A stretch of 64,000 nt of DNA from the NCBI GenBank assembly GCA_023433685.1, contig JAEYUD010000073.1, positions 2,750 to 66,749 of the forward strand. Direction: 5' to 3'. The position numbers and the translations under genes were made by a program. This DNA is from Bacteroidota bacterium. Its GTDB lineage: Bacteria; Bacteroidota; Ignavibacteria; Ignavibacteriales; Ignavibacteriaceae. Shown here piece after piece: positions 19,493 through 28,539 of this stretch; positions within the stretch are counted from its first letter, which is position 1; the number at the start of each line of letters is the position of its first letter. Below the pieces are notes generated by a model. It searched no databases. It had not been told where the DNA came from and was given only the letters and a program-made list of their open reading frames with translations.

Positions 19493-21316
19493 TTACTTGA
19501 GAAGAACCATCTTCTTGGTTTCCACGAAGTTACCGGCGGTAAGTTTGTAAACATAGGTTCCTGAAGCAAGTTTTGCAGCATCAAAATTCACATCGTATGA
19601 ACCTGATTCCTTAACTTCATTTACCAATGTGGCAACTTCTCTACCGAGCATGTCGAATACCTTAAGGGTAACATTTGCTCTTTCACCAACATTGAATTTG
19701 ATCGATGTGGTGGGGTTGAATGGATTCGGGAAGTTCTGTGACAGGGCGAAACCTGTTGGGCCACTTACTTCATTTTCAACACCTGTAGCTGTGAATGTCC
19801 AACCACCAACGTAGCACACTGCGGGCTGTGTATCAAATCCACCGCCGTTAGGGAAGTATCCCGTATATCCGGCAGGGTAGTTGATGAATACATACGCGGT
19901 GTATGAGTTGTTACCATTGCTCTTAAGATAAGGAGCAGCATGGTTCGTGTTCTCGTTCATTCCCGGGCTGTCAGTAAGGTTAACAGGAGTTGACCATTCG
20001 CCACCCGAAGCAGGTCTCCATGATGCATAAACATCAACGAGAGAATCTGTAAGTGTGCGTGGCATGTTCCATGTAGCTACCATTACGTTTTTATCCTTGT
20101 CAAACGACAGGTATGCAGCCGGACCAACCTGGCCAAGACCGGGTCCATCCTGCTGGGTGTACGAACTGTCTCCAACACCGTGGTAAACAACTTTACCATC
20201 CCAACCATTAGCGGTTTCAAAAACCTCTACGATGGCATTTTCGCCACTCTGGTTGTCAATGGTAGTGTCAGTAACGCTGATGAGGAAGTGAACATAACCG
20301 TCTTTGTCAACGTTTATATCACCCTGATAAGAAACTGTGTTTCCATCAAGTTTGATATAATCATAGAGTCTGTCATATCTCGCAAGCGCCGGGATGTTTC
20401 TGAAATCAGCAATTTTCCATGCTGACCAGGTAGCACCGTTGTCTGTTGATTTTGAGTAACCTGGAACAGCGGAACCTGAAATAGGAGTCTGAGTCTCGAA
20501 AGTTCCAATAACACCATAGTAGACGGTTCCATTGTTGGAAGCGCCACCCATGGTGATGTTGAAACCATCCTGCCAGGTGGAACTTACCCAGGTCGGAGGA
20601 ATTAAAGTGTCAACAGCCTGGAAATCCGTGGTCTTCCAAAGTTTGATCGCAGCATCACTCTGGTTGTCAGAAGCCCAGAAAACGCCGGCGGCGTTGTCAA
20701 GTGCAAATGTCGGAACCTGTGACGAGAAGAGGAGGTTAGGATCAGTATAAATAGCTGAAACCTGGAAACCTGAACCGGCATACTCGTCAGCACCCGCGCC
20801 AGTACCACCAAAAGCACCACCTACAAGCTCTGGCCATGAACCGGCTATAAGAGCATCCTGAATGTTGGAGCTTTTTGTTGGGTTGTTGAAGGTCATCGAA
20901 GGATAACGGGCGTTGAAAGCAGAGTTGCTTCCGTTCATCGGAGGATCAACTCTTGCCCATGTTGCACCGGCATCTGTCGAGTAGTTGTAGTAGACTTTAC
21001 CGCCACCGGTAGTTCCACCATAGGTTGCACGACCTCTGTGAAGAAGAAGTACTGTGTTGGTCCAAGGGTCGAAAGCCAATGGATTGAGCGCGCCGATCGC
21101 GGGACCGTAGCAGTTGCCCATTGTATCAACTGCAACCCAGTTAAGGGCAGCGGGACCCCAGGTAGGCGTGCCACCGGTAAGGGGAACTGATGCTACTGTT
21201 TCAGTAGCAGGTTCAACTTTTACCGGAGCTTTCTTCGCGAGATCTCTCTTGTCTTGTGCCTGAAGAGACATTACCAAAGTAACGCTGGCAAGCAAAAAGA
21301 GTGTTCTTTTAAGCAT
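19493..21316 (-). CDS. secreted BNR/Asp-box repeat protein with T9SS C-terminal sorting domain
   Basis: 607 aa with a signal peptide. Two perfect Asp-boxes are present (STDAGATW, STDNGATW). The C-terminus is LSQNFPNPFNPTTSIKFNVGERANVTLKVFDMLGREVATLVNE...SGTYVYKLTAGNFVETKKMVLLK. Confidence 0.7.
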   Translation of the reverse strand: MLKRTLFLLASVTLVMSLQAQDKRDLAKKAPVKVEPATETVASVPLTGGTPTWGPAALNWVAVDTMGNCYGPAIGALNPLAFDPWTNTVLLLHRGRATYGGTTGGGKVYYNYSTDAGATWARVDPPMNGSNSAFNARYPSMTFNNPTKSSNIQDALIAGSWPELVGGAFGGTGAGADEYAGSGFQVSAIYTDPNLLFSSQVPTFALDNAAGVFWASDNQSDAAIKLWKTTDFQAVDTLIPPTWVSSTWQDGFNITMGGASNNGTVYYGVIGTFETQTPISGSAVPGYSKSTDNGATWSAWKIADFRNIPALARYDRLYDYIKLDGNTVSYQGDINVDKDGYVHFLISVTDTTIDNQSGENAIVEVFETANGWDGKVVYHGVGDSSYTQQDGPGLGQVGPAAYLSFDKDKNVMVATWNMPRTLTDSLVDVYASWRPASGGEWSTPVNLTDSPGMNENTNHAAPYLKSNGNNSYTAYVFINYPAGYTGYFPNGGGFDTQPAVCYVGGWTFTATGVENEVSGPTGFALSQNFPNPFNPTTSIKFNVGERANVTLKVFDMLGREVATLVNEVKESGSYDVNFDAAKLASGTYVYKLTAGNFVETKKMVLLK

Positions 21317-21669
21317 AGGATACTCCTATTTAATGATTGGTTTTGGATTGTTATTTAGAAAAGTAAACAAAAAACTTAGAATTTGTTTTTTATATTAATC
21401 AGTTTTCACCACATTTCCAAGAAGTTTATTCCAACAGCGTTTTTTCAAACGTCTGTTTTCCACCTCCAGGACAACACAGTTCTTTCAAATAACAAGATAA
21501 TCCTTCCTCATCCCGTAAAAAAACGGAATTGAAGAAACGGAAAATATTTATTTAATTTTTTTTAACCAACAATATTTTTTTTATTTTTTACCGTTCGAAG
21601 GGTAAAAACGCCAATTATCCCGATTTTGGGCTTCCTAATTAGTTAAATCTGCAATTTTTTGAAAGGTAA

Positions 21670-21990
21670 TTAAATGTACGGGGTGATTTTCTGTACTATC
21701 ACATTCTTCTGAACAGCACCGATAATGGTATCTACCACCTGTCCATTCTTGAACACAAGAAGGGTCGGGATGCTTCTAACCCCGTACTTAACCGCTGTAT
21801 CCGGGTTTTCATCCACATCAAGTTTCCCGATCTTAACCTTGCCTTCATACTCTGAGGCAAGTTGCTCCACTAACGGGGCTATGGCACGGCAGGGCCCGCA
21901 CCATACCGCCCAAAAGTCGATAAGCACAGGTGTACTCGATTTTAATACTTCAGCTTCAAAATTCTGATCTGTAATTGTAACTGGTTTCAT
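21670..21990 (-). CDS. trxA: thioredoxin
   Basis: 106 aa with the WCGPC active site (DFWAVWCGPCR) and a thioredoxin-fold C-terminus (IPTLLVFKNGQ). Confidence 0.9.
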   Translation of the reverse strand: MKPVTITDQNFEAEVLKSSTPVLIDFWAVWCGPCRAIAPLVEQLASEYEGKVKIGKLDVDENPDTAVKYGVRSIPTLLVFKNGQVVDTIIGAVQKNVIVQKITPYI

Positions 21991-22005
21991 TTGTACCTTT
22001 TCCTT

Positions 22006-22830
22006 TTAAATATTTTCTGAGTTCTGGCCAACGTAACTAACGATATCTTCACCGCCATCCACATTGATCACACCGCCACTCACCCAACGGGCTTCATCGC
22101 GGCATAAAAGTGCGATAACAGCGGCAACATCATCCGGTGTGGTAAGTCTGCAACCGGGATTTTTTCTTCTTGCCACTTCGAGCATCGGTATGCTGCCGGG
22201 TATTTTCCTCAAGGCGGGGGTGTCTGTAACACCTGCCATTATCGAATTGGCGGTGATCCCAAGCGGACCGAGCTCAACCGAAAGTTGCCTGATGTGCGAT
22301 TCAAGTGCCGCCTTCGCCGCTGAAACAGCGCCATAAGACGGAATGATCGAGTGACCGCCTGAACTTGTCATGCCGAATATCCTTCCTCCATTTGCAAGAA
22401 GTCCGGCTCTGTAGAGATCCTGAACCCAGTAAACGAGCGAATGCGCCATTACGTCAAGCGTCATTTCCATCTGGGCTTTGGTAATATACTTCCCGTCGTC
22501 GCCAGGGATGAAAGGAAGAAGAGTTCCGAACGCCAATGAGTGCATTACCACTTTTATCTTTGGCTGAGGTTCCTCGGCGAGAAGGGCATCGATTATCTCC
22601 TGCCGCTTCTTTTCATCCGCGGCATTCACATTAAAGAAACGGGCATCCACACCAAAGCTTTTTATCTTGTCAATAATCCCGTTCACCAATGGCATGTTGA
22701 CAGCACGGTCAAGATGCACACCGATAATGTTGTATCCGTCTTCTGCAAGTTTAACTGCTGTTGCCCCACCAAATCCTGATGAAGCGCCCAATATCAGCGC
22801 GTAGTACTTGTCAGTGGATCCATTACTCAT
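22006..22830 (-). CDS. SDR-family oxidoreductase (enoyl-ACP reductase-like)
   Basis: 274 aa with a Rossmann motif (LILGASSGFGGATA) and the catalytic YxxxK (YGAVSAAKAAL). The substrate is not determinable from sequence. Confidence 0.65.
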   Translation of the reverse strand: MSNGSTDKYYALILGASSGFGGATAVKLAEDGYNIIGVHLDRAVNMPLVNGIIDKIKSFGVDARFFNVNAADEKKRQEIIDALLAEEPQPKIKVVMHSLAFGTLLPFIPGDDGKYITKAQMEMTLDVMAHSLVYWVQDLYRAGLLANGGRIFGMTSSGGHSIIPSYGAVSAAKAALESHIRQLSVELGPLGITANSIMAGVTDTPALRKIPGSIPMLEVARRKNPGCRLTTPDDVAAVIALLCRDEARWVSGGVINVDGGEDIVSYVGQNSENI

Positions 22831-22915
22831 AGATGCTACCTTTGTTCATATTTTATTGAAAGTTGAATTGCAATAATACAAAAATTGTAAAAAAAACGTT
22901 GCATATTAATTCCGG

Positions 22916-25900
22916 CTATCTGTCAACCATCAGGTTCTCTTCACCAACCACGCCAGCGAGGCGCTCAACAACCGGTTTCGTCACTTTAATTCTGCGGGTC
23001 TGCGATCTAAACATCCTCGGCACAACCTTGTTGCCCTCACGCTGCAGATACTCAAAATAGAGCTCCACACCTCCCGGACTGGCTGATAGCAAGGCTTCAA
23101 TTCGGTCGAGACTCTCAACAGGCACCTTCAGCGGATCAATTGTAACCTTCATCCTCTTCGTGAATTTTTCGAGACACATTTCGATGGGGAGTACTGAATC
23201 AACCAGCACCCTTACGGAGTCGCCGTTGAGTTCCGCCTTGCCGGAAAGATAAAGAACCGCCCCGTTCCTCAGCAACCCGGCGTGTTTCTCGTACGGTTTT
23301 GCCCACATCGTACACTCGAACATCCCGCCGAGGCCGTTCACGATAAATGTGGCGAATTGTGACCCCTTGTTACCTGTTTTCAGCTCAAATTCGTTGATAA
23401 CGCCACAAACCCCGACAGGTTTATCATTGATGGTCTCAAAATTATCTACATTAGAAGTAAATGAGAACGCCCTGTCTTCAAGATCAAAAGCCGCCATCGG
23501 ATGGTTCGAGATGTAAAAACCGGTCACCTCAAGCTCTTTTGCAAATCTGTCATCCATGCTCCAGTCGTCCGTTACAGGCAGACCGGGTTCAATAATTGTA
23601 TCCTGAAGCACTTCCTCGCCGAACAGGCTCTCGGTGCTGTCCTGATTGATCGATTGCACATTTTGTCCGAAGGTGATCACTTCCGGTATCGCTTCAAAGA
23701 TCGCTTTCCTGTTTGTGTTGATCGAGTCGAACGCTCCTGCCATTACCAGCCCTTCCATCGCCCGTTTGTTAACGAGCCTTAGGTCGACGAGTGAGGCGAA
23801 TTCGAATACACTTTTGAAATCACGACCTAATTTTTTCCTCGCTGCAATGATGCTGTCAACAGCCGTTTCTCCCACGTTTTTGATTGCGGAGAGACCAAAA
23901 CGGATCATTTTACTCTCGACGGTGAAGAATTTTCCCGGTCGGTTAACGTCCGGTGGAAGCACCTTGATCCCTGACTTTCGGCAATCCTCAAGGAAAAGCG
24001 TGACCTTTTCCTGCTTCCCAAACTCGTGCGTCATGTTCGCTGCCAGAAATTCTTCAGTGAAGTGCGCCTTCAGATACGCCGTCTGGTAGGCAAGGTATGA
24101 GTACGCGACAGCGTGACTTTTATTGAAACCATAGTTCGCGAACTTATCGATGAGGTCAAACACCTCGCCGGCGATCTTTTCATCAATCCCGTTCGACTTG
24201 GCGGCATCACCGAATATTTTCCGTTGCTTCGCCATCGCCTCCACATCTTTTTTACCCATTGCACGGCGGAGAATATCCGCGTCAGCAAGCGACATTCCTG
24301 CCAACTGATTGGCTATCCTGATTACCTGTTCCTGATAAACAATGATACCGTAGGTTTCATTGAGGATCGGCTCAAGTTTCGGATGAAGGTACGTGATCTT
24401 TTGTCTGCCGTATTTTCTGTCGATAAAGTCATCTATATTATCCATTGGCCCCGGACGGTATAGCGCGTTCATCGCGGCAAGATCCTTGATCGACATAGGT
24501 TTTAATCGCTTCAGGTGCTTCCTCATCGGGACAGACTCGAACTGGAATATCCCTGTGGTTTTTCCGTCGGAGAAGATATCATAAGTCTTTTGATCATCCA
24601 AGGGTATCAGGTCGATATCTTCCACCCACTCCTCCCTGGGGCGGGTCTGCTTTACCATGGCAAGAGTGTCTTCAATTATCGAGAGGGTGCGAAGCCCCAG
24701 AAAGTCCATTTTCAGAAGCCCGGCGGCTTCAAGTTCCTTCATGTTATACTGCGATACCACTTCCATCGTGGAGGCATCAACCACGGCGAGCGGAACATAA
24801 TTACTCACATCACCCGGCGCGATCACCACACCCGCGGCATGCTTTGAGGCGTTACGGTTCATCCCTTCAAGGGTTTTCGCGTATTTGAAAAGCTCAACCA
24901 ATTTCGGATCCGCGGGTTTCTGGAAATCCTTCAATTCAGGCACTTCCGCCAGAGCTTTCTCGATGCTGTAAACTTTTCCGAAAACCGAGGGGATGTATTT
25001 TGTGATCTGGTTAACCGTCTGTAGAGGAACCCCCAGCACGCGCCCCACATCCTTAATGGCAGCCTTCGAAGCGAGAGTTGAGAATGTGATGATCTGCGAA
25101 ACCGACTCTGAGCCGTACTTCGTTTTAACGTACTCGATAACTTCGCCACGCTTCTCATCAGCGAAGTCAACGTCGATATCAGGCATCGACTTTCGTGCCG
25201 GATTAAGGAACCGTTCAAACAGCAGATCATAGTCGAGCGGATTTATCTTCGTTATACCGAGAACGAACGCGATCAGCGATCCGGCTGCCGAACCCCTGCC
25301 GGGCCCCACGGCCACCCCCATCTCCTTGGCGGCATTAATAAAATCCTGAACTATCAGAAAATATCCCGAAAAGCCCATCGACTTTATAGTCTTAAGCTCA
25401 TACTCGAACCTTTCGGTCAGTTCCTTGCTTTTCTCACCGGGGAATATCGCGTCAAATTTCTTGCGGCACAGGTACTCAAAATAGCCGTCGAGCGTTTTGT
25501 CGGGTGAATCATCAGGAATCGGGAAATTCGGGAAGAAGTATTCCTTTTTATCAAGGTTTACATCACATTTATCGGTTATTTCAAGGGTGTTTGTTACAGA
25601 TTCGGGCCACTTCTTGAAGAGGTCGATCATCTCTTCCTGCGATTTGAAGTAGATCTGATCGGTACCGTATCTCAAGTTAAGATACTCACTCTCCCCACCC
25701 TTTTCCGAAAGTTTCAGCAGGATGTTGTGCGCTATCGCGTCTTCTCTTTTGATGTAGTGGCAGTCGTTGGTTGCCACCAGCTTTATGCCGAGTTCTTTCG
25801 CGAGACGGGGCACCCCTTCCAGAATAAGAGGATCGTCGGGCATTTTATGATCCTGTATCTCAAGATAGAAGTCATCCCCGAATATCTCATGGTACTGCTT

Positions 25901-26404
25901 CGCCACTTGCTTCGCGGTGGCGAAATCCCGCCGGCGAACATAGTAAGAGACAACCCCGCCAAGACAGGCGGAAGTGCAGATAAGCCCTTCAGAATACTCC
26001 TTCAAAAGCTCAAGATCAATTCTCGGTTTATAATAATATCCCTCCAAAAATCCACGGGATGAGAGTTTAATAAGATTTTTGAAGCCCTGATTGTTCTTCG
26101 CCAGAAGTATGAGGTGGTGGTAGGCTTTTTTTCTTGCCCCTGAGACCGGCTCAAAATCGGGAGCCTTGTCGAACCTGCTTTTATTCTCGATGGTGATATA
26201 TGCTTCCATCCCGAGAACGGGCTTTAGCCCGGCACCTTTAGCTGCCTTGTAAAACTCGGGGATGCCATACATAACTCCGTGATCGGTCAGAGCCACCGCG
26301 TGCATATCGAACCCGGCAGCGGCTTTTACCAGCCCCTTCACTGTGCAGGCGGCGTCTTGCAGGCTATAATGTGTGTGGTTGTGTAAATGTACGAAATTAC
26401 CCAT
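22916..26404 (-). CDS. dnaE: DNA polymerase III alpha subunit
   Basis: 1162 aa. The PHP N-terminus FVHLHNHTHYSLQDAA, the polymerase core (GPGRGSAAGSLIAFVLGIT, PDIDVDF) and an OB-fold C-terminus are present. Confidence 0.95.
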   Translation of the reverse strand: MGNFVHLHNHTHYSLQDAACTVKGLVKAAAGFDMHAVALTDHGVMYGIPEFYKAAKGAGLKPVLGMEAYITIENKSRFDKAPDFEPVSGARKKAYHHLILLAKNNQGFKNLIKLSSRGFLEGYYYKPRIDLELLKEYSEGLICTSACLGGVVSYYVRRRDFATAKQVAKQYHEIFGDDFYLEIQDHKMPDDPLILEGVPRLAKELGIKLVATNDCHYIKREDAIAHNILLKLSEKGGESEYLNLRYGTDQIYFKSQEEMIDLFKKWPESVTNTLEITDKCDVNLDKKEYFFPNFPIPDDSPDKTLDGYFEYLCRKKFDAIFPGEKSKELTERFEYELKTIKSMGFSGYFLIVQDFINAAKEMGVAVGPGRGSAAGSLIAFVLGITKINPLDYDLLFERFLNPARKSMPDIDVDFADEKRGEVIEYVKTKYGSESVSQIITFSTLASKAAIKDVGRVLGVPLQTVNQITKYIPSVFGKVYSIEKALAEVPELKDFQKPADPKLVELFKYAKTLEGMNRNASKHAAGVVIAPGDVSNYVPLAVVDASTMEVVSQYNMKELEAAGLLKMDFLGLRTLSIIEDTLAMVKQTRPREEWVEDIDLIPLDDQKTYDIFSDGKTTGIFQFESVPMRKHLKRLKPMSIKDLAAMNALYRPGPMDNIDDFIDRKYGRQKITYLHPKLEPILNETYGIIVYQEQVIRIANQLAGMSLADADILRRAMGKKDVEAMAKQRKIFGDAAKSNGIDEKIAGEVFDLIDKFANYGFNKSHAVAYSYLAYQTAYLKAHFTEEFLAANMTHEFGKQEKVTLFLEDCRKSGIKVLPPDVNRPGKFFTVESKMIRFGLSAIKNVGETAVDSIIAARKKLGRDFKSVFEFASLVDLRLVNKRAMEGLVMAGAFDSINTNRKAIFEAIPEVITFGQNVQSINQDSTESLFGEEVLQDTIIEPGLPVTDDWSMDDRFAKELEVTGFYISNHPMAAFDLEDRAFSFTSNVDNFETINDKPVGVCGVINEFELKTGNKGSQFATFIVNGLGGMFECTMWAKPYEKHAGLLRNGAVLYLSGKAELNGDSVRVLVDSVLPIEMCLEKFTKRMKVTIDPLKVPVESLDRIEALLSASPGGVELYFEYLQREGNKVVPRMFRSQTRRIKVTKPVVERLAGVVGEENLMVDR

Positions 26405-26467
26405 AGGGTATTTTTCTCACTTTTTAATTTTTTGAAAAATAATTGCAGACCTGGCTTAAAATCAGGC

Positions 26468-28012
26468 TTAATCGATTATTTCGGATTCAACAGCGATTGA
26501 TTGTCTATTGAATGAAACAGCGAGTAGAACTATTGTTTTGTCGCTGTTCGCGTACCTTTGATGATATTTTTTCTCCTTTATCTGCTTTATTCCCGACGAA
26601 GGAGACTTCGAATATTTCAGTTCAATGATATAGATATTATCCTCGAGTTCTATTATACCATCGATACGCCCTATGTTCGTATTGATCTCTGACTCGATTT
26701 TGATGCCGGACATATACATCATCATGACAAAAAGTGAATGATAATATCGCTCTTCTTCAATGTAGAGATTGGCGGGTATCCTTGCGAAAAGTGCTTCAAT
26801 GGTCGCTTTAAATCCCTTCACATCTCCGTTTGAGAGTGAGTAGATCAGATCAAATGAACTTTTGCTTGCGTCAGAGGTATTAATGTCTGCCAGGTTGGAG
26901 AATAAAAGGCTGTAAAGAGCGTTTCTTACCTCAAAATTTGGAACGCAAAGCCTGAATTTTTCCACTCCATATAACAACACAACTTCTTCAACCGTCAGGT
27001 AGCCTGTTTGAAAAAGGAGACTTTTTAAATCGGGATTTCTCAGGTCTGAAGATTCAAGTCCGGATGGACCGAGTTCTATACTGTCAAATGTCTCGAGGTC
27101 ATATTTGTGTTTTTTGATTATCTTGATCAGATGATCCGGGGTACCTGTCTCGAACCAGTAATTCCGGAATCTGGCAAAGTCGAGGAAACACAGGATCGCG
27201 AAAGGATTGTACATCCTTTGCCTTCCATCCCATGAGTACCCATTATACCACTCCTTGATCCTGACAAGAAGTGCAGGCTTGTCAAGTCCGGTCTTTTCAG
27301 CAGCTCGTGCAAGGTGATCGCTGAAATTGTCCTCTAACTCCGCCTGTGTGTATCCACAAATGGTGGCATACTCTTCAGAAAGTGTTATATCAGTTATCTG
27401 GTTCAGTCCTGAAAATATGGATACTTTGGTGTATTTGGAAACACCGGTCAGAAACATGAATTCAATCATTTCATCGAGTGATTTGATAACCCCGTAAAAC
27501 TCCCTGAGCAACTCCCTGTTTGCCTCGGCGAGGTCGGGATTTTCAAGATTGTCGACGAGTGGTTTATCATATTCATCGATCAGTATCACGACGCGTTTCC
27601 CTGTTGTATCGTGAAGCCTTGTGACAGCCTTAACCAAGACCTCAGCCGGTAAGTTAAGTTCGCCCTCCGTTTCCCCGGTTCCCGCTTCATTTCTGATCGC
27701 CGAAATCAACGTCGCGCCAAGATCAGATGTTCTTTTGTATGAGAGTCTTGAGAAATCGAGCCTGATTACGGGAAAAGCACTATCAGGAAGTTGATCTTGA
27801 ACTGCCAGCCCTTTAAAGAGGGGAAGGTTTGAGTTAAAATATTCGGCGATCGTGGAGACGAGGAGCGATTTACCGAACCTGCGTGGTCTGGACAAGAATA
27901 CATACTTGTATGAATCGACAAGTTTCTTTATCAAAAGCGTTTTGTCTACATACAGCATTCCTTCATTTCTTATCTGCGAGAAGGTCTGGATTCCGAGAGG
28001 GAGTTTCTTCAA
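26468..28012 (-). CDS. AAA-ATPase_like (PF09820-type) protein with C-terminal PD-(D/E)XK nuclease-like domain
   Basis: 514 aa. The N-terminus MKKLPLGIQTFSQIRNEGMLYVDKT...LSRPRRFGKSLL is highly characteristic, and Walker B is VILIDEYD. The C-terminus has GRIDGIIELEDNIYIIELKY (D...ExK). Confidence 0.8.
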   Translation of the reverse strand: MKKLPLGIQTFSQIRNEGMLYVDKTLLIKKLVDSYKYVFLSRPRRFGKSLLVSTIAEYFNSNLPLFKGLAVQDQLPDSAFPVIRLDFSRLSYKRTSDLGATLISAIRNEAGTGETEGELNLPAEVLVKAVTRLHDTTGKRVVILIDEYDKPLVDNLENPDLAEANRELLREFYGVIKSLDEMIEFMFLTGVSKYTKVSIFSGLNQITDITLSEEYATICGYTQAELEDNFSDHLARAAEKTGLDKPALLVRIKEWYNGYSWDGRQRMYNPFAILCFLDFARFRNYWFETGTPDHLIKIIKKHKYDLETFDSIELGPSGLESSDLRNPDLKSLLFQTGYLTVEEVVLLYGVEKFRLCVPNFEVRNALYSLLFSNLADINTSDASKSSFDLIYSLSNGDVKGFKATIEALFARIPANLYIEEERYYHSLFVMMMYMSGIKIESEINTNIGRIDGIIELEDNIYIIELKYSKSPSSGIKQIKEKKYHQRYANSDKTIVLLAVSFNRQSIAVESEIID

Positions 28013-28076
28013 TTGGATACCTGTAATTCCTGGTTCTAAATATAATCAATCGGGGCGAATCCCCCGTCGATTATCC

Positions 28077-28535
28077 TTACCCCTTCCCTGTTGAGCCGAA
28101 ACCACCGGCTCCTCTTTCTGTTTCGCTTAAAGATTCTGATTCTAAAATGTCTGCTTTGTGAACCCTGCCAAGTATCAGTTGGGCGATCCTGTCACCGGGG
28201 TTGATAATGAAATCTTCCTTCCCAAAATTGAAGAGTATCACTTTGATCTCACCTCTGTAGTCTTCATCGATGGTGCCGGGTGAATTAAGAACTCCGATGC
28301 CGTTCTTGAAAGCCAATCCGCTGCGCGCGCGAACCTGAATTTCATACCCGTGGGGGATCTCCACCTGTAAGTTGGTGGGTACTGCCGCAAATCCACCACT
28401 TTCGATCACGATACTCTCAATGATACCCGCCCGGATATCCATTCCCGCAGCGCCCTCTGTCTGGGAACCGGGTAATGGAATATTTTTCATGCTCGCGTCA
28501 ATTCGTCTGAACTTCAACACGGGTTTCTCACTCAT
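28077..28535 (-). CDS. dut: dUTP diphosphatase
   Basis: 152 aa with dUTPase motifs (AAGMDIRA, RSGLA, GTIDEDYRGEI, GDRIAQL, RGAGGFGSTG). Confidence 0.9.
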   Translation of the reverse strand: MSEKPVLKFRRIDASMKNIPLPGSQTEGAAGMDIRAGIIESIVIESGGFAAVPTNLQVEIPHGYEIQVRARSGLAFKNGIGVLNSPGTIDEDYRGEIKVILFNFGKEDFIINPGDRIAQLILGRVHKADILESESLSETERGAGGFGSTGKG

Positions 28536-28539
28536 AAAA

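Noticed and set aside
21317-21669. 353-bp AT-rich spacer with long T/A runs, inspected for tRNA, small RNA or a terminator for trxA.
   Set aside because: No cloverleaf-capable sequence or conserved ncRNA box was seen. The only hairpin (TTTTACC..GGTAAAA near 21586-21605) has its T-run on the wrong side for the minus-strand genes. It is most simply the promoter/UP region of the BNR gene.
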